Part shown: one piece after another, positions 1 through 9,800 of the stretch
Numbering within the stretch: the stretch's first letter is position 1
How the letters are laid out: the number at the start of each line of letters is the position of its first letter
DNA from: Gammaproteobacteria bacterium
GTDB taxonomy: Bacteria > Pseudomonadota > Gammaproteobacteria > Magnimaribacterales > AG-339-G14
Direction of reading: 5' to 3'
Assembly: GCA_004213955.1 (NCBI GenBank)
Contig: SGZL01000003.1
Location: 2,616-66,615, forward strand
DNA length: 64,000 nucleotides
Position numbers and translations under genes: made by a program
The notes under the pieces: generated by a model
What the model saw: the letters and a program-made list of their open reading frames with translations, nothing else
Told to the model about the DNA's origin: nothing
The model's database searches: none

Positions 1-603
1 ATAAAAAATATAAAATTTTTAGCACAAGGTACTATCTATCCTGACGTCATTGAGTCCTCCGGAATAAAAGGGGGCAAGGCTCACGTAATTAAGTCTCATC
101 ACAACGTTGGAGGGTTGCCAGATTATCTTAAATTGCCACTTGTGGAACCTTTAAATTCACTATTTAAAGATGAAGTTAGAAAAATTGGGCTAACTTTAGG
201 GTTACCCAAATCTTTAATTGGAAGACACCCATTTCCTGGACCAGGACTTGCTGTCAGGATGCTTGGAGAGATCTCAAAAGAAAAATTAGAAGTTCTGAGA
301 GAGGCAGATCAGATCTTTATAGAAGAATTAGTGAATGCAAATTTATACAATAAAGTAAGTCAGGCTTTTGCGGTATTTCTTCCTATAAAAAGTGTAGGAG
401 TCGTAGGAGATGCTAGAAGGTACGAATATGTGATTGCTCTCAGGGCAGCTGAAACTATTGATTTTATGACTGCAAAAGCATCAAAACTTTCGCACAATTT
501 ATTAAATAAAGTTTCCGATCGTATCATTAATGAAATTCCAAAAGTTTCCAGAGTGGTTTATGACATTTCCAGTAAACCACCAGCAACTATTGAGTGGGAG
601 TAA
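1..603 (+). CDS. guaA: GMP synthase (glutamine-hydrolysing), C-terminal portion; 5' end lies outside the window
   Basis: Frame 1 is open from base 1 ([42 protein letters not shown]...). It continues into the listed ORF with [11 protein letters not shown] and the terminal ...PPATIEWE typical of GuaA. Confidence 0.9.
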   Translation: MKNIKFLAQGTIYPDVIESSGIKGGKAHVIKSHHNVGGLPDYLKLPLVEPLNSLFKDEVRKIGLTLGLPKSLIGRHPFPGPGLAVRMLGEISKEKLEVLREADQIFIEELVNANLYNKVSQAFAVFLPIKSVGVVGDARRYEYVIALRAAETIDFMTAKASKLSHNLLNKVSDRIINEIPKVSRVVYDISSKPPATIEWE

Positions 604-1583
604 TGGAACAAAGAGAATTTAAACCCTTTGGAACTATAAGCGCGCTAACCTTAGGCGGTGGTGGCATAGGTAACGTTTGGGGAGAAACTACCAGATCAGA
701 AAGTATTTCCGCAGTTAATTTAGCAATTGAATCTGGAGTAAATCACCTTGATATAGCCCCTATGTATGGGAAAGGAGAGGCAGAAAAAGTTGTTGGTGAG
801 GCTTTAATAGGAAAGGATCATTCAGCAATAAATCTAACCACTAAATGTAGGCTCGGAACAGTTCCAGACTCAGAGGTTTATACAAGACTTAATAATTCTC
901 TTTGCAGAAGTTTAGAGACTATGAGAGTTGAAAAGGTTAATTTGTTTCTTCTTCACTCTCAGCTCATAGAGGATGACTATCAACTACCCTTGCTTAACGA
1001 ATATAGGGCTGTGAATGCCACTACTCTTTCGTGTTACTACAGTGCAGTCATTCCAGCTTTTGAAATGTTAAAAAAAGAAGGAAAGATTGATCACTGGGGC
1101 ATTGGTTTAGGACAAGAAGAAGCACTTATAAAGGCTATAAATTATGAACAACCCCCCGAAGCTATGCAGTGTGCAGTAAATATTCTAAATTCAATTGGAG
1201 CCATTGGATATATTAGTGAGAAACCTGATCCGAATAGTGTTCTTGCAGAATGTCAAAAAAAGGATATACCGATTTTGGCTATTAGAGCCGTTCAAGCAGG
1301 AGCACTTACTTCTAGTATGGATAGAGAGCCTCATCCTTCGGGAATGGATAATGCTGATTTCACTGATTTTGAAAGGGCTTCACCCTTTAGAAAACTTGCT
1401 AAAGACTGGGATGAATCTCCCGCATCTTTAGCTCATAGATATGCTCTTAGTGTTGAAAAAGTTAGTTCTGTAATTCTTGGGATAAAAAATAGAAAAGAAT
1501 TACAAGAATGTATAGATGCAGAAAAAAAGGGTAAGCTTAGCTCCCATGAAATGGAAACTTTACAAAATCTTTTTGTAGACTAA
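594..1583 (+). CDS. Aldo/keto reductase family oxidoreductase
   Basis: 329 aa with AKR-like motifs ([32 protein letters not shown]-terminal LGIKNRKEL). The start is ATG 594 (10-nt overlap with guaA) or ATG 603. Confidence 0.75.
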   Translation: MGVMEQREFKPFGTISALTLGGGGIGNVWGETTRSESISAVNLAIESGVNHLDIAPMYGKGEAEKVVGEALIGKDHSAINLTTKCRLGTVPDSEVYTRLNNSLCRSLETMRVEKVNLFLLHSQLIEDDYQLPLLNEYRAVNATTLSCYYSAVIPAFEMLKKEGKIDHWGIGLGQEEALIKAINYEQPPEAMQCAVNILNSIGAIGYISEKPDPNSVLAECQKKDIPILAIRAVQAGALTSSMDREPHPSGMDNADFTDFERASPFRKLAKDWDESPASLAHRYALSVEKVSSVILGIKNRKELQECIDAEKKGKLSSHEMETLQNLFVD

Positions 1584-1628
1584 AGGAGTTTATTAATCCA
1601 AAACTATTGAGTTGGAATAGAAAGGTAG

Positions 1629-2303
1629 ATGATAAAAAAAATACATTTTTACTTCGATTTTATATCTCCTTATGCATATTTTGCATGGCGCAAACTTCCG
1701 ACTCTAGCAAAAAAATATAATCGAGAAATCGAAGCACATCCAATTGTGTTTGGAAAATTATTGGATAAGTGGGGACAATTAGGACCAGCTGAGATCCCAC
1801 CAAAAAATAGCTGGCTCAATCAATACTGTTTAAGATATGCAGCTCTTAACGGATTTGAATTCAATCCACCAAAAACACATCCTTTTAATCCTTTGACTGC
1901 TTTAAGAATGTCGTTAAAGGAAGTAAGTGGCGACGAGCAACTTAGGGTGATAGATGCAATATTCAAAGGAGGTTGGAGTCATGGCGCAGACTTAGGAGAT
2001 TCAACTTCACTAATTTCTTTATTGAAAAAACATTCGATTAATGGAGAAAGTCTAAGTCAAAAAGTTTTGGAATCAGATATCAAGGATCTATTAATTAATG
2101 AAACCAACAGGGCTATTGAGAAGGGGATTTTTGGAGTTCCAACAATAATTGTCGATGACAATTTATTTTGGGGTAACGATCAAATGGATCATATAGAACT
2201 ATTACTTAATGGAAAAGATCCTTTAGATCGTCAAAATCTAGATAATCAAGAGAGGCCTAGAGCAATTGACCGTAAGGCTTTTAAAAAGCTTGATAAAGAT
2301 TAA
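1629..2303 (+). CDS. DsbA-like 2-hydroxychromene-2-carboxylate isomerase / GST-kappa family protein
   Basis: The N-terminus IHFYFDFISPYAYFAW and the GIFGVPTIIVDDNLFWGNDQ motif are characteristic of the HCCA-isomerase/kappa-GST thioredoxin-fold family. Confidence 0.7.
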   Translation: MIKKIHFYFDFISPYAYFAWRKLPTLAKKYNREIEAHPIVFGKLLDKWGQLGPAEIPPKNSWLNQYCLRYAALNGFEFNPPKTHPFNPLTALRMSLKEVSGDEQLRVIDAIFKGGWSHGADLGDSTSLISLLKKHSINGESLSQKVLESDIKDLLINETNRAIEKGIFGVPTIIVDDNLFWGNDQMDHIELLLNGKDPLDRQNLDNQERPRAIDRKAFKKLDKD

Positions 2304-2334
2304 TCTCTAAAAATTCATAACGAATTATAAAAAA

Positions 2335-2946
2335 ATGAATAAAAGGGAATATGCAATACCTGAAGGCAGATTACAAAGGGCGAGTCTTAAAACAGACAAG
2401 TACATCTCAAAATTTCGCCAAGTACTTTTAAGACATGGTTTAACTATGACTTCTATTGCAATTTTTTGTTGCTTCCTTACTTTTATCCCTTCTGCCTTAG
2501 TAGCTTCTTTAAATAGTCTATTTGCTTATCCAAGTAGCTATTTTTTTTATAGCTTCATTGTAATAATCATAATATTTTTATATTTAAAATTTACGAAGCG
2601 AGAATTTAATTATCGACAGTTGTTATGGATAGGCTACTTATTAGTTATTTCTATTGTCGAAGAAATTGCCTTCAGACTCTCAATACCGCTTTTAACGATA
2701 AATATTTTCGGGGTAAGTTATTTATCAGCTATTTTCTTGAGCAACGTCTTATTTGCTGCTATTCACTACTTTACACTTCGCTGGAAATTAAGCGCTTGTA
2801 TCCTAGCTTTTTTTGGGGGAATGGGTTTTAGTAGATTATTTAGTATCACTGACGACTTAGCACTAGTTATAATTTTGCACTGGGCCGTTACTTTCTTAAA
2901 TACTCCTTCCGCCCCTAAAGCCAATCAATTTATTGAGAAGAATTAA
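2335..2946 (+). CDS. CPBP-family (CAAX-type) intramembrane glutamic endopeptidase
   Basis: Polytopic membrane protein with the EExxxR motif (VEEIAFRLS) and a downstream His motif (FAAIHY) typical of CPBP/Abi proteases. Confidence 0.6.
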   Translation: MNKREYAIPEGRLQRASLKTDKYISKFRQVLLRHGLTMTSIAIFCCFLTFIPSALVASLNSLFAYPSSYFFYSFIVIIIIFLYLKFTKREFNYRQLLWIGYLLVISIVEEIAFRLSIPLLTINIFGVSYLSAIFLSNVLFAAIHYFTLRWKLSACILAFFGGMGFSRLFSITDDLALVIILHWAVTFLNTPSAPKANQFIEKN

Positions 2947-4420
2947 TCTTACCTTTAATAAAAAAGGACAGACCTATTAAAACAACGGCCAGAATAAAAT
3001 AATAATAAATAAGCTCTGTAAAAATTGGAGTCATACTAGTCAAACCGGACTCAGTTGCCTCACCTCCAAATAATCCTGCTAAAACCCCACCCAATGAAGA
3101 AGCTAAGAACCATAACCCCATCATTTGCCCAAGATATTTTTTTGGAGAGTATCTTGAGAATGCTGACAATCCTACTGGAGACAAAACCAACTCTCCAAAA
3201 GTATGAAGAAGATAGGTTAATAATAACCATTGAACGCCCACTGGTGCAGAAATCAATGCATATTCAACAGCGTAAAGCATGACAATAAAACCTAACCCCA
3301 TAAAAATTAAACCAATAGCAAATTTAATGGGTGTATTTGGATTAAGATTTCTTTTTCCTAAAAAAATCCAAAGATAAGCAAAAAAGGGTGCAAACATCAC
3401 AACAAATAATGGGTTTAGAAACTGCGTCCAACTAACTGGGGCTTGAAATGAACCAAAGGAAAGATTTACATAATCTCTTGTAAAAATTGATAAAGACCCA
3501 GCAGATTGATCAAATCCAGACCAAAAAGCAGCAGCTCCTATAAATAAAAGCAAAAGCATAAGAACATTTTTCTTTTCAGAGCTAGTTAATCCTGCAAAGA
3601 AAAATAAGTATCCAAAGTAAATAAAAGAAACTACTACTAAAAAATCTCTAAAACGTTCAGCGAAGAACACTGGGTCGACATTCCAAATGCCAAACATTCC
3701 AGTGATAACAATTGCTGAAAAAAATAAGATAGTTGTGATGGTCCAAAATCTTAAAGCTTTTCGTCGATCTTGTGACATCGCGTTAGGATATAGACCAGCT
3801 TCTCCAAGCTTATCTCTAAAATATATATATTGCAGAACACCAAATAACATTCCTATTCCTGCTGCACCAAAGCCCCAATGCCAACCAATTCGCTCACCCA
3901 AATAACCACAGATAGCAAAGCCCAACATACTGCCAATGTTTATAGACATATAAAAAACTGTAAATCCTGAATCTCTTCTTTCATCGTCATCCGCGTAAAG
4001 CTGACCAACAATAGAAGAAATGTTTGGTTTTAGCAGTCCAGTGCCAACGGCTACTAAAGCTAGACCTAAAATAAAGGTTTGCTCTAAAGGGATCGCCAGG
4101 GTGAAGTGCCCAAGCATAATTATAATTGCTCCATAAAGAACAGCTTTTTGATAGCCTAATAAGTTATCCGCTAACCAACCACCAGGTAGAGCAAGAAAAT
4201 AAACCATTCCCGCGTAGACTCCATAAATTGCATTGGCTTCTATATTTGACCAACCTAATCCAGGATTTCCAATTACGCCGATGGTCATATAAAGAACCAG
4301 CAGACCACGCATACCGTAATAAGACATGCGCTCCCAAAGTTCAGTGAAAAATAAAGTTCTTAAACCAAGAGGGTGACCAAAAAAACCATTTTGAGAAAGA
4401 TCAGTTTCTTTTTGTGACAT
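2930..4420 (-). CDS. POT/PTR2-family proton-dependent di/tripeptide transporter
   Basis: 496 aa and about 14 TM helices. It carries the PTR2 signature FFTELWERMSYYGMRGLLVLYM and FYMSINIGS. Confidence 0.85.
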   Translation of the reverse strand: MSQKETDLSQNGFFGHPLGLRTLFFTELWERMSYYGMRGLLVLYMTIGVIGNPGLGWSNIEANAIYGVYAGMVYFLALPGGWLADNLLGYQKAVLYGAIIIMLGHFTLAIPLEQTFILGLALVAVGTGLLKPNISSIVGQLYADDDERRDSGFTVFYMSINIGSMLGFAICGYLGERIGWHWGFGAAGIGMLFGVLQYIYFRDKLGEAGLYPNAMSQDRRKALRFWTITTILFFSAIVITGMFGIWNVDPVFFAERFRDFLVVVSFIYFGYLFFFAGLTSSEKKNVLMLLLLFIGAAAFWSGFDQSAGSLSIFTRDYVNLSFGSFQAPVSWTQFLNPLFVVMFAPFFAYLWIFLGKRNLNPNTPIKFAIGLIFMGLGFIVMLYAVEYALISAPVGVQWLLLTYLLHTFGELVLSPVGLSAFSRYSPKKYLGQMMGLWFLASSLGGVLAGLFGGEATESGLTSMTPIFTELIYYYFILAVVLIGLSFFIKGKINSSQ

Positions 4421-4455
4421 ATCAGTGAATGAAATTAGTCAGATTATATAAAATT

Positions 4456-5178
4456 TTATATGTCGAATTCTTTAGAGTTTTTCAACATATGGGCTGGACC
4501 ATGCTCCAGATTGATAGCAGCACTTTCTCCAAACAACATTTCTTTGTGGGCTCCAAAATTTTCTCTATCATTTGAAAGTGGAGCTAATTCAACCGCCTTT
4601 TGAATAGCCATTTCTTTTAATTCTTCAATGGATCCAATCGATTGTACAATTCCAGCCTGCAGGGCAGCTGGACCAGTCCAACGTTTAGACAGTTGGACAG
4701 TTTCAAAAAAAGAATTTGCTGGAATTTTATGACGGAATAAAGCCAATTCTGGTCTTGGTATTTTCATACCCAGTTGTACTTCATTAGCACAAACAAAACC
4801 TCTGTCTTCTCTCATAATTCTTACGTCGTGAGAAAGCGAAAGCATAAAACCTGCGCCAAAAGCATGTCCATTGATCGCACATATCGAAGGAATTGGTAGA
4901 GTTATCATTCTCCCCATTAAAAACATAAACTCTTCACCAAACACTTCTCTATCACCACCTTCAGGGTGATTGGCTGGAGTTTTGACCCAATCAAGATCCA
5001 ATCCATTAGAAAAAAATTTAGGGTCTTTCGCACACGTTACCAACGCTCCAGGACCATCGTCTTTTTCAACTTCATCTAGAGCTTTAGAAAATTCCCTTAC
5101 AAACGTGGTATTCCAACGATTTTCTCCAGCATCCATGGTTAAGATGTATACAGAATCTTTTTTTTGTAAATCAATCAC
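4456..5178 (-). CDS. Enoyl-CoA hydratase/isomerase (crotonase) superfamily protein
   Basis: 240 aa with a crotonase oxyanion-hole region (CAINGHAFGAGFMLSLSHDVRIM). Confidence 0.7.
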   Translation of the reverse strand: MIDLQKKDSVYILTMDAGENRWNTTFVREFSKALDEVEKDDGPGALVTCAKDPKFFSNGLDLDWVKTPANHPEGGDREVFGEEFMFLMGRMITLPIPSICAINGHAFGAGFMLSLSHDVRIMREDRGFVCANEVQLGMKIPRPELALFRHKIPANSFFETVQLSKRWTGPAALQAGIVQSIGSIEELKEMAIQKAVELAPLSNDRENFGAHKEMLFGESAAINLEHGPAHMLKNSKEFDI

Positions 5179-5279
5179 AATAATTTCAAAAGTTTCAAAT
5201 CATAAATACTATACACAAAAACTTATTTTAATGGGTAGCCGAATGTTTTAATATTACCAAAGTTAAAAAGGGCCTTTGA

Positions 5280-6272
5280 TTGTTATTAAACGAAGAAATA
5301 AAACTCGATTACTCTGATGTTCTCATCAGACCTAAAAGGTCAACCATGAGCTCTAGAGGAGAGGTTAAGTTAGAAAGAACTCACAGATTTCTCTGGAGTA
5401 AAAAAAAATGGACTGGTATTCCTATTATGTCTGCAAATATGGACACAGTTGGAACGCCGGCAATGCATAAAGTTTTAACGAAGTACAAATTAATTACTTG
5501 TCCTGCCAGACATTTTTTAAATAAAGGAATCGATAAATTTAATAAAGGGGAGAGCAATATATGTTGGTTCGGAGGTATTGAAGACATTGCTAAACTGTCT
5601 AAAACTACGACTGGCTTTATAGGTTTAGACGTCGCAAATGGTTACACCATTCGTTTTGTCGATGCAGTAAAAAAATTAAGAGACAAGTGTCCAGAGGCAA
5701 CCATTGCTGCAGGTAATGTTGTCACAGCTGACATGACCCAAGAATTAATCCTTGCAGGAGCCGATATTGTGAAAGTTGGAATTGGTCCGGGTTCGGTTTG
5801 TACTACAAGAATAAAAACAGGAATTGGTTATCCACAGTTAAGTGCAGTCATAGAGTGTGCCGATGCAGCTCATGGACTTGGCGCCCATATTATTGCTGAT
5901 GGTGGCTGTGTTAATTCTGGAGATATAGTCAAAGCATTTGCCGGCGGCGCCGATTTTGTAATGATTGGCGGAATGCTTGCAGGACATGATGAATGCGAAG
6001 GAGAAATTGAAGACGGCGTGATGAAATTTTATGGCATGGCATCCGAATCAGCGATGGATAAACACAACAACCACAATGATTACCGAGGCGCTGAAGGAAA
6101 AACAGTAGAAGTTGAATATCGAGGAAAAGCTGATGACACCATTAAAGACATTTTAAGTGGCATTCGTTCTGCTTGCACTTATGTTGGCGCTAATCGACTC
6201 AAGACACTTTCAAAATGTACTACGTTTGTTCGAGTAAATAACACTCACAATACCGTTTATGGAAACGATTAG
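5280..6272 (+). CDS. guaC: GMP reductase
   Basis: Collinear with E. coli GuaC from residue 1 (..[18 protein letters not shown].., [50 protein letters not shown]). The start is forced to TTG 5280, with AAGGG 7 nt upstream. Confidence 0.92.
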   Translation: MLLNEEIKLDYSDVLIRPKRSTMSSRGEVKLERTHRFLWSKKKWTGIPIMSANMDTVGTPAMHKVLTKYKLITCPARHFLNKGIDKFNKGESNICWFGGIEDIAKLSKTTTGFIGLDVANGYTIRFVDAVKKLRDKCPEATIAAGNVVTADMTQELILAGADIVKVGIGPGSVCTTRIKTGIGYPQLSAVIECADAAHGLGAHIIADGGCVNSGDIVKAFAGGADFVMIGGMLAGHDECEGEIEDGVMKFYGMASESAMDKHNNHNDYRGAEGKTVEVEYRGKADDTIKDILSGIRSACTYVGANRLKTLSKCTTFVRVNNTHNTVYGND

Positions 6273-6423
6273 CTTTTTGAAATATTGATTCACCAATAAA
6301 TACTTCTGTATCGGCTAAAAGGGGGAATTATGTCAATTTGGAACGATTTAAGCTGGGTTGAATCCAAAAGTTTTTAAACTAGCTTCTTAGATAAATAAGC
6401 TTAGAATAACTAACTTATACAAT

Positions 6424-6438
6424 TGAGAATCATTATCA
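6424..6438. promoter_or_regulatory. Fur box (ferric uptake regulator operator) upstream of the Fe(III) ABC transporter
   Basis: tgagaatcattatca matches the 7-1-7 Fur motif TGATAATnATTATCA at 14/15 positions. It lies 30 nt upstream of the ATG at 6468. Confidence 0.7.
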
Positions 6439-6467
6439 TTTAAAATATCATTCTGAATTATTTATTT

Positions 6468-7484
6468 ATGAAAAAATTATTTTTTTTAATTCTTACTATA
6501 GCTTTAATGGAAGGACTCATTGCTAAAGAAGTAAATGTGTATACCTCAAGGCACTACGATTCAGACGACGCTCTTTATCAAGAATTCACGAATGAAACTG
6601 GTATTAAAGTAAATATTATATCTGGTAAGGGTGGCGCACTTTTAGAACGATTAAAATTTGAAGGCACAAATTCACCCGCTGATATTTTCTTTACTGTTGA
6701 CGCCGGTAATTTATGGAAAGTTCAAAAAGAGGGTTTATTTCAACCGATAACTTCAACTAAAGTTCTTTCCAAAGTGCCGAATAGCTTGAGAGGCCCTAAT
6801 AATGAATGGACTGCAGTAGCAAAAAGATCGCGAGTATTTTTCTATAACCCTAAAACAGTATCAGCTGAAGAAATTAAAAACATCACTTATGAATCTTTAG
6901 CTGAGGATAATTGGAAGGATAGAATTGTCATCAGAAGTTCTAATAATATGTACAACCAATCTTTGGTGGCTTCTTTAATCGTAAAAAATGGAGAACGGGA
7001 GACTGAGACCTGGGCCAAAGCTTTAGTGAGCAACTTGGCCAGAAAACCACAAGGCAACGATCGGGCACAGATAATGGCTGTCGCCAATGGCGAAGCAGAT
7101 CTTGCTGTTGCCAACAGCTATTACATTGGAATAATGCTTTCTGGAAATGCCGGGGTAGATCAATTCAATGCTGCTAAAAAAGTAAAGATGATATTTCCTA
7201 ATCAATCTACTTCCGGAGCGCATGTAAATATCAGTGGAGCAGGAATTCTAAAAAATGCACCAAATCCTGAAAATGCTAATTTATTTGTAGGGTTTTTACT
7301 ATCAGATAAAGTTCAGGAAATTATGGTCAAAAAATCTTACGAATATCCTATTGCAAATGTTTCAGTAAGTTCTGAGATGGCTAGTCTTGGAGTAAAATTT
7401 AAAGAGGACAATACCTCAGTAAAAAGATTTGGAGAGTTGAACCCTGCTGCAATAAAATTGATGGATAGAGCAGGTTGGAAGTAA
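6468..7484 (+). CDS. fbpA: Fe(III) ABC transporter periplasmic substrate-binding protein (FbpA/AfuA family)
   Basis: Has a signal peptide. Motifs VNVYTSRHYDSD, GIKVNIISGKG, SPADIFFTVDAG and NLARKPQGNDRAQI..ANSYY resemble ferric-binding proteins. It is followed by a permease and an ATPase. Confidence 0.8.
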   Translation: MKKLFFLILTIALMEGLIAKEVNVYTSRHYDSDDALYQEFTNETGIKVNIISGKGGALLERLKFEGTNSPADIFFTVDAGNLWKVQKEGLFQPITSTKVLSKVPNSLRGPNNEWTAVAKRSRVFFYNPKTVSAEEIKNITYESLAEDNWKDRIVIRSSNNMYNQSLVASLIVKNGERETETWAKALVSNLARKPQGNDRAQIMAVANGEADLAVANSYYIGIMLSGNAGVDQFNAAKKVKMIFPNQSTSGAHVNISGAGILKNAPNPENANLFVGFLLSDKVQEIMVKKSYEYPIANVSVSSEMASLGVKFKEDNTSVKRFGELNPAAIKLMDRAGWK

Positions 7485-7509
7485 CCAACCTTAGAATAAG
7501 TCATTACTA

Positions 7510-9102
7510 ATGTTTACTTGGAAATTATTCCCCTTTGCTGTAGCAATTATATTTGTTGCTCCAATAATAATTGTCTTTTCAAGTTTATTTGGTTCTTATT
7601 CGGATACTTGGAATCATCTCATAGAATTTGTACTCGTCGACTATATTTCCACTTCAATATTTTTAGTCATTGGCGTTTCCTTAGGAGTTTTAATCATTGG
7701 TGTGCTTACCGCTTATTTGGTGACAAATTACAATTTTTTTGGAAAAAGATTTTTTGAATGGGCCTTAATACTGCCGTTGGCTATTCCTCCTTACATACTC
7801 GCATACACTTTTACAGGTCTATTTGATGCGAACGGAGATGCAAACGTTTTTGTCAGATTTTTATTTAATTTAGAAAACAGTTTTGTACTCTTTCCTAGTG
7901 TTAGAAATATCACAGGAGCAATAATAGTTTTCTCATTTACTCTGTATCCATATGTGTATTTAGTTACAAGAAGTGCATTTTTGAATCAATCCAATTCCAT
8001 TAAAGAATCTGGAAGACTCTTAGGATTAGGACAATTAGGCATATTCTCTAAAATTTCCTTACCTTTAGCACGTCCAGCCTTCATCGCAGGATTGATGCTG
8101 GTGATAATGGAGACTCTTTCTGATTTTGGAGCAGTTGATCATTTTGCAGTTCAAACCTTCACCACTGGTATTTTTAGGACTTGGTATGGACTTTACGATC
8201 TAAATACAGCAATGCAATTATCTTCATTATTATTAATGATAATTTTTTTATTTTATTTTCTAGAGCGATTTTCTAGAGAAGGTATCAAGTACACGAATGA
8301 TAATTCAACATTCAAAACGTCGAAAGAAATAAAACTCAAAGGTGTAAAAGCTGGATTAGCATTCTTTTTTTGCTTAACGCCAATTTTCATTGGTTTTATT
8401 TTGCCAATTATTGAATTAATAATCTGGGCACTTGATGCAAGGGTTACTTTATTTAACGAAAAATTCATTATGAGCTCTTTTAATACCATTTCTCTTGGAA
8501 TTCTTACTGGAGTCTTATGTGCTCTTCTTGCATTTATCATTAATTTCTCCATCCGTTATACAAAAAATAATTTTTTAGGGAAATTAAGTTCCTTCCTTTC
8601 AATCGGTTACGCTGTTCCTGGGTTAATTCTCGCTGTAGGTATTACTAGGTTTTTCGTTTATGCAGACCAAAATATATTCTCCAATTTAGATTTTGTAATC
8701 ACAGGTTCTTTATTAGGGTTAGTTCTAGCTTACATAATTAAATCTTATGCATTAGCTAATTCTTCGATTGAATCTGGATATGAACGAATAAGTAATTCGA
8801 TTGATAATTCAGCACGTTTATTAGGCTCAAAGGGTAGTATTCTTTTAGGTAAGATTCATTTTCCTTTAATGAAAACTAGCTTTATAACAGCAATTCTTTT
8901 GGTAACTTCCGAAGTTGTTAAAGAGCTTCCAGCAACTTTGATATTGAGACCATTTAATTTTGATACGCTTGCGGTTGTAACCTATACATATGCGGCGGAG
9001 GAGAGAATGTATCAAGCTGCCATGCCTTCATTAGCCATTGTGCTCATTGGGATTATTCCACTGATTTTTCTTTCAAAAATGATAAGGTCGTCTAGACTTT
9101 GA
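7510..9102 (+). CDS. fbpB: Fe(III) ABC transporter permease (duplicated two-module type)
   Basis: 530 aa polytopic protein with two MetI-like modules (EESGRLLGL.. and DNSARLLGSKG.. EAA-loop regions). It sits between the binding protein and the ATPase. Confidence 0.8.
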   Translation: MFTWKLFPFAVAIIFVAPIIIVFSSLFGSYSDTWNHLIEFVLVDYISTSIFLVIGVSLGVLIIGVLTAYLVTNYNFFGKRFFEWALILPLAIPPYILAYTFTGLFDANGDANVFVRFLFNLENSFVLFPSVRNITGAIIVFSFTLYPYVYLVTRSAFLNQSNSIKESGRLLGLGQLGIFSKISLPLARPAFIAGLMLVIMETLSDFGAVDHFAVQTFTTGIFRTWYGLYDLNTAMQLSSLLLMIIFLFYFLERFSREGIKYTNDNSTFKTSKEIKLKGVKAGLAFFFCLTPIFIGFILPIIELIIWALDARVTLFNEKFIMSSFNTISLGILTGVLCALLAFIINFSIRYTKNNFLGKLSSFLSIGYAVPGLILAVGITRFFVYADQNIFSNLDFVITGSLLGLVLAYIIKSYALANSSIESGYERISNSIDNSARLLGSKGSILLGKIHFPLMKTSFITAILLVTSEVVKELPATLILRPFNFDTLAVVTYTYAAEERMYQAAMPSLAIVLIGIIPLIFLSKMIRSSRL

Positions 9103-9764
9103 GAAACATGACACAAAATATTTTAAAAGTAGAAAATTTAAATCTTTCTTATCAAGATCAAGAAATTTTAAAAAATATAAACCTAGATCTAGCGTTAGGA
9201 GAGAGAGTTTCAATTTTGGGGGAATCAGGATCAGGTAAAAGTTCTCTACTGAGATGTATTGCGGGATTTGAAGCCATTGATGAGGGAAAAATCTTTTTAG
9301 AAGATAAAATGGTTTCGTCTGATACTTTTACTTTGCCTACGGAAAAAAGAAGAGTTGGTATGGTTGTTCAAGAAAAAGCGCTTTTTCCTCACTTGTCAGT
9401 AAAAAAAAATATTCTATTTGGTATTGAAAAAGCGAGTAATAAAAACGAGACAGTTTCTGAGCTAGCAGAACTATTTAAGATAGAAAACCTTTTAGATAAA
9501 TTACCAGGTCAAATCTCCGGAGGAGAGCAACAAAGAGTAGCTTTGGCTAGATCTCTTGCTCCAAGCCCAACTTTACTTATGCTTGACGAACCTTTTAGTG
9601 CATTAGATGACGAACTCAAGCAAGAGTTGTATATTGAATTGGACAAAATTTTTCAAAAGCAGCAACTTTCTATTCTATTGGTGACTCACGATCATGAGGA
9701 AGCAAAGACCTTGACGTCAAAATCGTTGAAACTGTCTCAAGGCTCATTGATTACTATTACATAA
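9099..9764 (+). CDS. fbpC: Fe(III) ABC transporter ATP-binding protein (short form, NBD only)
   Basis: Walker A GESGSGKSS, signature ISGGEQQRVALAR and Walker B LLMLDEPFSALD. The track start is TTG 9099, but ATG 9108 (MTQNIL..) is more likely. Confidence 0.8.
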   Translation: MRNMTQNILKVENLNLSYQDQEILKNINLDLALGERVSILGESGSGKSSLLRCIAGFEAIDEGKIFLEDKMVSSDTFTLPTEKRRVGMVVQEKALFPHLSVKKNILFGIEKASNKNETVSELAELFKIENLLDKLPGQISGGEQQRVALARSLAPSPTLLMLDEPFSALDDELKQELYIELDKIFQKQQLSILLVTHDHEEAKTLTSKSLKLSQGSLITIT

Positions 9765-9800
9765 TGATGAATGACGTTTAAAATAGATTTTTAAATTAAT

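Noticed and set aside
1195-1431. Same-strand out-of-frame ORFs nested in real genes, at 1195-1431, 2625-2831, 7518-7757 and 13814-14011. I considered them as possible overprinted genes.
   Set aside because: They are short and have no motifs. Their hydrophobic or odd composition is consistent with chance open frames, and nothing in the sequence alone supports dual coding.
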